A DNA stretch of 64,000 bases from the NCBI GenBank assembly GCA_030690945.1, contig JAUYFM010000064.1, forward strand, positions 91,072 to 155,071, in the 5' to 3' direction. Below, in pieces: positions 1 through 7,895 of this stretch. How positions within the stretch are numbered: position 1 is the first letter of the stretch; every line of letters starts with the position of its first letter. The stretch is from Smithellaceae bacterium (GTDB taxonomy: Bacteria > Desulfobacterota > Syntrophia > Syntrophales > Smithellaceae). The notes beneath the pieces were generated by a model. That model saw nothing but the letters and a program-made list of their open reading frames with translations, searched no databases and had not been told where the DNA came from. A program made the translations under genes and the position numbers.

Positions 1-767
1 TGGGTTCTGCCACGCAGGATGGTGCAGCAGCAGGGGCAGCAGTTGCAGATCACACTGGCCTTATCCGCACTGTTATTGCTGGTATGCACCAGCCCCGCCG
101 CTTCCGCCTGATCCAGCACTTTGATGCCCTCTTCTTTACTGATCTTGCGCGCAAATCCCCGCTCCACGAGGAATTCGCCCACACCGTCAAAGATAAGACA
201 GACCTCTTTCGGCTTATCGCACTTCGCAACGCTCACCCGGCAGGCACATTTTGTCAGGGCGACATAATTGGAGTTTTCAATCAGGTGTTTGACTTCTTCA
301 TAAGGATGGATTTGATCCTGCGGGGTAACGGATTTTTCCACCGCGACCACTCTCATCATCGGCGTCGGATTTCCGGCAAAAGAAGCGCCAAGGCTCTCAT
401 GGTGATATGCTTCCCATAGCCTGGCCAGGCGGTCATGCATGGGCGAGCCACCCCCCTTCATAAAGGGAAACTCAAAAACACCGGGAATAAGCGGCACCAG
501 TCCATAGAGTTTTTTGCCATCCTTGTTTTTGGAAAAGATGACGCCTTTGTTGGCCATGGACTCAAGGTGGCCTTCGGTCTCGTTTTCGGTAACCCCGGTT
601 GCCTGAGCCAGACTCACCGGGCTTTTGGGTTTAAAATTCATTTTGACTGCTATGGCCGCTTCCTCGGGCGTAAAGAGAATGCGCAATATTTCATCGATGG
701 CATCCCCCTTGGGCGCTGTTGATGGGTGCGAATCCAGGATTTCTCTGAGTTGTTCATAGGTATTCAT
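1..767 (-). CDS. 4Fe-4S ferredoxin-domain protein (partial, runs off the left edge; absent from the ORF track)
   Basis: Manual translation from ATG 767 after an AAGGAGG RBS: MNTYEQLREILDSHP...TKCACR...KEVCLIF...GLVH...VICNCCPCCC; open to position 1. Confidence 0.8.
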   Translation of the reverse strand, partial: MNTYEQLREILDSHPSTAPKGDAIDEILRILFTPEEAAIAVKMNFKPKSPVSLAQATGVTENETEGHLESMANKGVIFSKNKDGKKLYGLVPLIPGVFEFPFMKGGGSPMHDRLARLWEAYHHESLGASFAGNPTPMMRVVAVEKSVTPQDQIHPYEEVKHLIENSNYVALTKCACRVSVAKCDKPKEVCLIFDGVGEFLVERGFARKISKEEGIKVLDQAEAAGLVHTSNNSADKASVICNCCPCCCTILRGRT

Positions 768-805
768 GGGCGGCCTCCTTAATTATTCACTTCTTGTTTT
801 CTTCC

Positions 806-832
806 ATAATAGACCGGTCGTCTAGTTGTCAA
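806..832 (-). promoter_or_regulatory. Putative sigma70 promoter with a TetR-like operator (TAGAC-N5-GTCTA, 810-824) downstream of the -35 box
   Basis: Minus strand reads TTGACA-actagacgaccggtc-TATTAT, upstream of the 767 start; the inverted repeat overlaps the spacer. Confidence 0.4.
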
Positions 833-847
833 GCTATATTTTCTTAT

Positions 848-916
848 CTGCAGCTTGCTGCGATATATTGACGTTCATTTCATACCTCGACAGCTTGCTG
901 CGAGGTGGTTGATTAA
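848..916 (-). repeat. Palindrome-rich non-autonomous element, family P, copy A
   Basis: Reverse complement TTAATCAACCACCTCGCAGCAAGCTGTCGAGGTATGAAATGAACGTCA matches 13699-13770. Confidence 0.75.
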
Positions 917-976
917 TGGGTATTTACTTCAAACGCGCATTTTACATATTACATATAAATTGTCCGAAGGCAGAAG

Positions 977-1369
977 ATGAAGAACGAATCAGAAGAAAAG
1001 AAAGAGCCTGAGTGGGACTGTTGTTCATTTCCCTGCGGAGATTCTTGTTGCCAACACGGCGCCGATGTATTCGCGCACGAGAGGGATAGCTTGATCTCTG
1101 CAGGTATTGCCACAGCATCTGATTTCTTGGAGCCAAAGACTGATAAGACGGGGACAATCATGTATCGAACACGGATAGGGGCGCTCGGTTGCACCTTCCT
1201 GCTTGACGAACGCGGCTGCAAATTGCATATTTCCGGCCACAAACCGGTGGTATGCTGCGAGTGGCCTCGCACTTTCCAGGAAGCGAAGCGCGCAGCCAGC
1301 GAGGATTACTTGCCCTGCTTCCCGCTTCGTTACAACCGGAACCCGAACAATAAAAACAAGACTCTTTAA
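977..1369 (+). CDS. YkgJ/CxxCxxCC-like cysteine-cluster protein
   Basis: CCSFPCGDSCC, GCTFL...GCKLH...KPVVCCEWP pattern. Confidence 0.65.
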   Translation: MKNESEEKKEPEWDCCSFPCGDSCCQHGADVFAHERDSLISAGIATASDFLEPKTDKTGTIMYRTRIGALGCTFLLDERGCKLHISGHKPVVCCEWPRTFQEAKRAASEDYLPCFPLRYNRNPNNKNKTL

Positions 1370-1616
1370 GTTGTGTTGTCCTGAAACGAAGTTTTCTTGA
1401 CATTATTCATAAGGTAAGGGCGACCATCGAACATTCTTCCTGAAACAAACAGACCGTCATGTTTGTTGAAAATTCCGGACTTCAATCTGCAATAATAATT
1501 AAACTGAACTTTATCAAGAAGAAAAGAATCTTTGTGGGCTGCGGTTACACCTAACTATACACCTTTGAGTTTGGCATTGGAGTGCGGATTACCAGTTATA
1601 AGCTGCGCAAGCAGCG

Positions 1617-2603
1617 TCAGCCTTCCATCTTATACCCCTTCTCCTTGAATAGCCTCAAGCATGCAGCCACGACGGCGGAGTCGAACTTGGTGCCGCTATC
1701 GGATGAAATCTTGTCCAGAGCCTCGCTAATCGGAAAGGCCTCCCGGTAGCTCCGATGGGTGGTCAGATCTTCCAGGGCGACGGCAACCGCCAGAATCCTG
1801 GCCTCGATGAGGATGGCTTCTCCTTTGATTTTTCGCGGAAATCCCGATCCGTCAAAGCACTCCCGATGCTGGAGGACGATATCGGCAATCGGCCAGATGC
1901 TTTCGATCTTTTTCAGCGTGTCATAAGCGGCCTCGGGGTAGGTCTGATAAAGGGTCAGATTGATCCGTTCCAGACGCTCCACATTCTGAAGGATCTCAAT
2001 AGGTATATTGACCATCCCGATGTCATAAATCCGTGAGGCCAGTTCTATCCCCTCCAATTGGAAGTCCGTCAACCCCATCTCCCGAGCGATGGCTGTCGCC
2101 AATTTTGCTACCCGTTCATGGTGGCCCGGGGTATTGGGACCCCTGAGTTCGACTGTTCCAGCGATTGCCTCGATCATCCCCTTCATCGATTCGTATATCC
2201 GGGCGTGGTTCTTCCGTAGATTCAAATCTATGCCTTGCTTATGCAGGGCCAGTTCGATGGCAACATGCAATTGCTTTTTTTCGACAGGTTTCAGTACATA
2301 TCCGGATGGACCGGTCAGCTTTGCCCGCCCGAAGGTCTTATCGTCGGCATAGGAGGTCAAATAGACCACCGGCGTACCGGAATGCGCCATGATCTTTTCG
2401 GCAGCCGAGATGCCATCCATCTTCCCGGCCAGCACGATGTCCATCAGCACCAGGTCCGGATGGAGTTCCGTTGCTTTCTCTACGGCTGATTCGCCTGAGT
2501 ATGCGATGGCTGCCACATCGTATCCCATATCCTTCAACTGTCTGGCTATATCATTGGCAATTATCGCTTCGTCTTCGACCACCATGATCTTTGTCTTATC
2601 CAT
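1617..2603 (-). CDS. Response regulator, REC plus degenerate HD-GYP domain
   Basis: REC (VVEDE, LVLMDIVL, KP); output domain has YDIG, HRECFDGSGFP and RSYR instead of HDIG, HHERxDGSGYP and RPYR. Confidence 0.85.
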   Translation of the reverse strand: MDKTKIMVVEDEAIIANDIARQLKDMGYDVAAIAYSGESAVEKATELHPDLVLMDIVLAGKMDGISAAEKIMAHSGTPVVYLTSYADDKTFGRAKLTGPSGYVLKPVEKKQLHVAIELALHKQGIDLNLRKNHARIYESMKGMIEAIAGTVELRGPNTPGHHERVAKLATAIAREMGLTDFQLEGIELASRIYDIGMVNIPIEILQNVERLERINLTLYQTYPEAAYDTLKKIESIWPIADIVLQHRECFDGSGFPRKIKGEAILIEARILAVAVALEDLTTHRSYREAFPISEALDKISSDSGTKFDSAVVAACLRLFKEKGYKMEG

Positions 2604-4431
2604 TATGCCACTCCCTTTCTTCTTTTAGGGGAAATGTTATGGTCCATATCGTCCCACCATCAACCCGCATATCCATTTTACCATTCATCTGCGCCACCAG
2701 CATACTTACGAGCTCCAATCCAAGAGATTTCAGGTTCTTTAAATCAATCGTCTCCGGCAATCCAATCCCGTTATCCTGAACCGTAAGTGTTACAGTCTTC
2801 TCCTGCTGTCGCATCGCGATATTTATCTCGCCTTCCCTTCCTCCCGGAAAGGCATATTTCAAGGCGTTGGCGATCAGTTCGTTCAGGATCAGGCCGCAGG
2901 GGATAGAGCTGTCTATGTCAAGATTTATCTTTTCGACATCGACCTTGATCTCCACGGGAGATTCAGTCCTTCCGTAGGATTGGCTGATGTTGCCGACCAA
3001 ATCCCGGATAAATTGATCGAAATCAATCCTCGCCAGATCCCGGGACTGGTAGAGCTGCGTGTGAATATTGGCCATGGTCCGAACCCGGGTTATGCTGGAC
3101 TGGAGTGCTTCTATTGCTCCTTTATCCTGCAAAGTGGAGGATTGCATATTCAGAAGGCTCGAAATGATGGTCAAGTTATTCTTGACCCGGTGATGAATCT
3201 CTTGCAACAGAACCTCTTTTTCTTTTAGCGAAGAAACCAACTTACTTTCCGCATTTCTTTTGTCTGTAATGTCGATAAGTGCGCCTTCGATGTACCCATC
3301 CCCTGGATAAAGGCGAGCGGAAAAGCTGATCCAAATATGTTGATTGTCTTTTCGAATGATCTCCGCTTCATAGTTGTTCACCTGGCCGTTTACGGTAACT
3401 TCCTTAACCATTCTCTCCCGTACCATCGGGTCGGCATAATGCTCGGAGGCCACAAAGTTATTCAAACATTCTTCAATGGTCGCATATCCAGACAGTTCTG
3501 CGTAGCGCTTGTTAATTTGCAGAGGAGTGCCATCGGATATTCTCGTCCGGAACAACCCTACTTGCGCATTATTATACAGATTCTTGAACCGATCTTCGCT
3601 TTCTCGTAATTGACGATCAACATGTGCCTTGTCGATGGCCGTATTCCTGAAAACATTCAGCGCTTTTTCCATCTGCCCAATTTCATCTTGACGATCGTTG
3701 CTTTCCGCGATTGCCGACAAATCACCTTCGGTGAGTCGGACCATGGATCTCGTAATCGACAGAATCGGTTTCGAAATATATTTTGATCCTATGTAAATGG
3801 TAATCAATAACGTGATCAGAGCCATGAGTACGGCAATGGAAATAATGGTTTTTCGTATCCGGTCCAGCGTCGCTTCCGACTCTTGCTTGGACTTTGCTAT
3901 CTTAGCATTCTGGTAATCAAACAGTTTTGAAAGTAAACTTCTCAGCTCACTGAACGGAATGGCAGCGGATCGAACCAGAAGAATGCCTAGGGAGGGGTTT
4001 TCAGAAATGGCCATGACAGCCTGCTGAGCCTGGTGCCTGAAGGTTTTCAGAGACTGGTTAAGCTCCTGCAAAATATCCTTTTCTTTTTGATCCAAGGACC
4101 ATCCTGTAAGAATTTCTCCATGGATGACCGTCAAATTGTTCAATCCCATCTCGAGCCTTTCAGAAACCGGCAGCAATTCGTCTTTTGCGGCCCGCATGAA
4201 TTGAAGAACAGAAAGGCGATAGATATCCGATTGAACCTGTTCACTTGTGGAGATCAACTCTTGAACAATCTGGAGCCTTTTTAACGATATCTGCTGTACA
4301 TTGGTTAATATCCGGCGCTGATTTTCCATGCCGCTAATGGCGATAGACAATATAACTCCGAGCGCAATGATCATGATGACGGGTGCGATCAACACCTTGA
4401 TTCTGATCGACGTATTACTGAAAATAATCAT
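2596..4431 (-). CDS. Membrane sensor histidine kinase (2 TM, helical periplasmic domain, HAMP, PAS, HisKA_2/HATPase)
   Basis: EIHHRVKNN H-box, LILNELIANALKYAF, DNGIG, SLGL; HAMP segment DEIGQM. Confidence 0.9.
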   Translation of the reverse strand: MIIFSNTSIRIKVLIAPVIMIIALGVILSIAISGMENQRRILTNVQQISLKRLQIVQELISTSEQVQSDIYRLSVLQFMRAAKDELLPVSERLEMGLNNLTVIHGEILTGWSLDQKEKDILQELNQSLKTFRHQAQQAVMAISENPSLGILLVRSAAIPFSELRSLLSKLFDYQNAKIAKSKQESEATLDRIRKTIISIAVLMALITLLITIYIGSKYISKPILSITRSMVRLTEGDLSAIAESNDRQDEIGQMEKALNVFRNTAIDKAHVDRQLRESEDRFKNLYNNAQVGLFRTRISDGTPLQINKRYAELSGYATIEECLNNFVASEHYADPMVRERMVKEVTVNGQVNNYEAEIIRKDNQHIWISFSARLYPGDGYIEGALIDITDKRNAESKLVSSLKEKEVLLQEIHHRVKNNLTIISSLLNMQSSTLQDKGAIEALQSSITRVRTMANIHTQLYQSRDLARIDFDQFIRDLVGNISQSYGRTESPVEIKVDVEKINLDIDSSIPCGLILNELIANALKYAFPGGREGEINIAMRQQEKTVTLTVQDNGIGLPETIDLKNLKSLGLELVSMLVAQMNGKMDMRVDGGTIWTITFPLKEEREWHNG

Positions 4432-4446
4432 CTATTCTCCCGGCCT

Positions 4447-6474
4447 TCATTCCCAAAGCAGCGCGCAAATACGGTCGTCCATCGTCAGTTTGCCGCACCA
4501 TGCCTTAATCCGACCGACTTTATGCGTTGTCGGATGAGGCCACAACCCTTCAATTTCAATGATCCCGTTACCCTGTGTTTCCCCAGTGCCTGATAATTGT
4601 TTCAGAATGTTATTCCCTTTCAAGTCAAGCACCCCGCCGATATCCATTCCCGGCTTCATCTGACCGGAATTGTCGAGGAAGACAATCCCTTTCATTGTAA
4701 AGCCGATCACATGCAATCCTGACTTCTCTAAATCCAGATAGCCACTTTTCTCATCCTCGAAAACCTTAAGTGCCTCAAACAATCCTTTTTCCTTGAGAAG
4801 ATGGATGGCCTGTATGCCGACTCGCTCAAGGGCGGATTTTGCCCCTTTCAGAGGAGGAGTTGAGGCATAGGTTATTACCGGAACCGCTTTCCAGTAAAGT
4901 TCATCCAGTGGGGAGTGCATTCCCCATATGGAAAGCGGCGGATTTCCCAAACCCTTGTTGTAAACCGTTTGATAGGGTATCAGGTTTAGCCAGACGATCG
5001 GGAGCTCATCGGTCACGATGCGTTGGAATTCGCTGTACAGTGCTTTCCGCTTGGCTATGTCCATTTCCACGGCCGCCCGGTTGAGAATGTCGTCGACCTT
5101 GCTGTTTCGGTAGTTCTGCGTATTGGACCAGACTACCCCCTTGCGGATATTGTCAGACAGATAAGTGCGGTGAACGCCGATCATGGGGTCGCCCCAGCTA
5201 TAGACGCCGTCCATCGTCATATCAAAATCCCAGCCGCCCACCCGTTCGGCCCATTCCTTGAAATTGTTTGAACTGCGGACCCGAACGTCGATTCCAATTT
5301 TTGAAAGTTGGCGTTTGATATAAAACGCGATATCATGCTGCTGGCTGGGAACGACCGGGATGTAATCCAAGGTCAGTGAAAAGCGCGTGCCGTTCGGCTT
5401 GACCGGCAGCCCGGCTTTGTCAAGTAGAGCGCCGGCTTTCACCAGGTCCAGATCGTAAGTCGCTACCTTCGGCTCATAAAACGGGCTGAAGGGAGAAATC
5501 GGCCCGTTGGCGCGTACCGATCGGCCTCTATTCATGAATTTATTGATAAACGCCGCATCAATCGAGTAGGCGATTGCCTGGCGCACCCGCTTGTCATCCA
5601 GCGGTTTGCGCAAAAGATTGAACGCCAGCCAGTTCATCGCACCAAGGCCCTCATGCCCTATAGGCGTGATCACGATATGTTTATTTTTACTGAGCCTCTC
5701 TATCCCCTCAAGGTCGATGAACAGCGGCAGGATATGGGCATCCTGCCGTTCCATATAAATCAGTTGCGCGTTTGGATCATAGTCATATCGAATAACGATT
5801 TCGTCAAGATAAGGACGCCCCGGGATGAAGAATCGTTCGTTTCGTTTCAACACAATATACTTTCCCGGCACATTCTTTACCAATTTGAATGGCCCGGAGC
5901 CGACTGGTTGCAGATTGGCGGGGTGCGTCTTAATATCCCGGCCGTCCCCGTAGATGTGTTTGGGCAGGATCGGCAGCAGCGCCGGCGACATCGCCAACAA
6001 GAGGGCAGGATGATGTCGTGACAGCCGAATCACGGCCTTCTGTGGATCGGGGGTATCCACCCTTTCCACAGGGGCAAACATGGGCTTGAAAGGGTGGTAC
6101 TTTTGGACCGTCAGAATGGAAAAAGCAATATCTTCCGAAGTAATCGGTCGGCCGTCGTGAAAGGTGGCGTCCTTGACCAGATGCAATGTCAGTGACAGCC
6201 CATCCTTTGAAAATTCCCAGCTCTTTGCCAGATAGGGTTTCGGATTCCAATTTTCATCATACCTGAGCGGGCTCGCAAAAATTTGTGCGCCGATAATCGC
6301 GGTTGCCGAGCCGGAAGCCACTGCCGGATTGAAATGCTTTGGCTCGCCGACTCCATCTGAGATAATGATCCTACCGTCCTGCTTGGGCTCCACCGCCGGA
6401 CTGTGCGTGGCAATTGCGATAGACAGAAAAACGCAGGTAATTACAAGATACGGGTTCCCTATGATATTCACCAT
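4447..6474 (-). CDS. ABC family-5 solute-binding protein with a C-terminal Cache-like domain
   Basis: N-terminal signal, LAKSWE..DG, FHDGRPITSEDI, PVGSGPF, DDKRVRQAIAYSID; extra ~140 aa ending WPHPTTHKVGRIKAW. Confidence 0.8.
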   Translation of the reverse strand: MVNIIGNPYLVITCVFLSIAIATHSPAVEPKQDGRIIISDGVGEPKHFNPAVASGSATAIIGAQIFASPLRYDENWNPKPYLAKSWEFSKDGLSLTLHLVKDATFHDGRPITSEDIAFSILTVQKYHPFKPMFAPVERVDTPDPQKAVIRLSRHHPALLLAMSPALLPILPKHIYGDGRDIKTHPANLQPVGSGPFKLVKNVPGKYIVLKRNERFFIPGRPYLDEIVIRYDYDPNAQLIYMERQDAHILPLFIDLEGIERLSKNKHIVITPIGHEGLGAMNWLAFNLLRKPLDDKRVRQAIAYSIDAAFINKFMNRGRSVRANGPISPFSPFYEPKVATYDLDLVKAGALLDKAGLPVKPNGTRFSLTLDYIPVVPSQQHDIAFYIKRQLSKIGIDVRVRSSNNFKEWAERVGGWDFDMTMDGVYSWGDPMIGVHRTYLSDNIRKGVVWSNTQNYRNSKVDDILNRAAVEMDIAKRKALYSEFQRIVTDELPIVWLNLIPYQTVYNKGLGNPPLSIWGMHSPLDELYWKAVPVITYASTPPLKGAKSALERVGIQAIHLLKEKGLFEALKVFEDEKSGYLDLEKSGLHVIGFTMKGIVFLDNSGQMKPGMDIGGVLDLKGNNILKQLSGTGETQGNGIIEIEGLWPHPTTHKVGRIKAWCGKLTMDDRICALLWE

Positions 6475-6503
6475 GACCCCCTGTCTCTATTCTTCGCAAA
6501 AAA

Positions 6504-7895
6504 TCATGCATCTTCAAGCTTAAACCCTTTTTCACGAAATAATCTCAAACAGGCATCCGCGACAGTCTTGTCGTAAAAGATACCCCTGTTCTTCTCGATC
6601 TCATTCAGAGCGGCATCAATGCCTAAGCCGGGACGATAGGGACGGTGGGAAGCCATCGCCTCCACCACGTCGGCAACCATGAGAATGCGGGCTTCTATGA
6701 GAATTTCCTCGCCCTTCAGATTTCTGGGATAGCCGGAACCGTCCATCCGCTCATGATGCTGATGGACGATCTCAGCCAGCGGCCAAGGCGATTCCACATC
6801 CTTCAGCATCTCGTACCCTTTCCGGGAGTGCTCTTTGATCAGGGAAAACTCAAGGTTTGTCAGCTTGGTAGGCTTGGACAATATCTCCGCGGGTATGGAT
6901 AATTTCCCGATGTCATGGATGGAACCTGCCATACGGAGTCCCTCGATTACATCTTGAGGTAATTCCATCTCGGTGGCAATGGCCCGGGCAAGGTCTGCCG
7001 AACGGATTTGATGACCGGATGTATAGGGATCTCTGGACTCCACAGCAGACACCATGACCTGAATGATGGTGCCAAACGATTTCCTGAGACTTTCAAGGGT
7101 TTCCTTCAGTTCCGCCTCGGCCCGTTTGCGGTCGGTAATGTCCCGAGAAATACCCCAAAACCCGATTGGTTTACCTTCTGAATCCCTGATGAGAGATACC
7201 GAAACTTCGTTAAAACCTTTCGTCCCGTTTTTTCTGATAATTTCAACATCTAATGCCTTAACTGGTTCACCTGTTCTGTAGAGCCTTCTGAAGAATTGAT
7301 ACATTTTTTGAGCGGTTGTTTCATCTTGATACTGCCGGTTATTCATTCCGATCAATTCCTCTTTGGGATATCCTATATTTCTGCACTCGGCGTCATTAAC
7401 GAAGGTATAATTACCGGCAAGGTCCATCTCAAAATAGCCTTCCTGCATGTTCTCAAGAATGGTTCGATACTTTTCCTCTCTTTCCTGCAGAGACTCCTCT
7501 GCCTTTCTCCTTTTCCTATCCACTTGGGAAATATACAGGGCCATTTCTACGGCGACCTTGAGATCATTTCTCTGGAACGGCTTGAGCATATACCCATAAG
7601 GATGAACCAATTGAGCCCGCTTCAATAGCTTCTGATCCGTATAGGCCGTCAGGAAGACAACGGGAATATCCCCGCGGGAATGGATTATGTCGGCGGCTTC
7701 AATCCCATCCATTTCCCCGGCCAGGACAATATCCATCAGGACCAGGTCGGGATGGAGTTTGCCCGCCTGCTCAACAGCATCTTCCCCCGCATATGATATG
7801 GAAACCACATCGTATCCCATATCCGTAAGCTGCCTGGCAATGTCATGGGCAACTACCCCCTCGTCCTCAACTACCATGATCCTGGTCTTATCCAT
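6504..7895 (-). CDS. Response regulator REC-PAS-HD-GYP (putative c-di-GMP phosphodiesterase)
   Basis: Intact RDPYTSGH, HDIGK, HHERMDGSGYP and HRPYR motifs. Confidence 0.9.
   Translation of the reverse strand: MDKTRIMVVEDEGVVAHDIARQLTDMGYDVVSISYAGEDAVEQAGKLHPDLVLMDIVLAGEMDGIEAADIIHSRGDIPVVFLTAYTDQKLLKRAQLVHPYGYMLKPFQRNDLKVAVEMALYISQVDRKRRKAEESLQEREEKYRTILENMQEGYFEMDLAGNYTFVNDAECRNIGYPKEELIGMNNRQYQDETTAQKMYQFFRRLYRTGEPVKALDVEIIRKNGTKGFNEVSVSLIRDSEGKPIGFWGISRDITDRKRAEAELKETLESLRKSFGTIIQVMVSAVESRDPYTSGHQIRSADLARAIATEMELPQDVIEGLRMAGSIHDIGKLSIPAEILSKPTKLTNLEFSLIKEHSRKGYEMLKDVESPWPLAEIVHQHHERMDGSGYPRNLKGEEILIEARILMVADVVEAMASHRPYRPGLGIDAALNEIEKNRGIFYDKTVADACLRLFREKGFKLEDA

Noticed and set aside
84-722. 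Plus-strand ORFs 84-419 and 435-722
   Set aside because: They are antisense to the Fe-S protein gene at 767-1, which has an RBS and Cys motifs
1549-1601. attC-like ACCTAAC...GTTATAA at the edge of the signalling island
   Set aside because: Only 53 bp, the right box does not fit GTTRRRY, no internal pairing, no integrase
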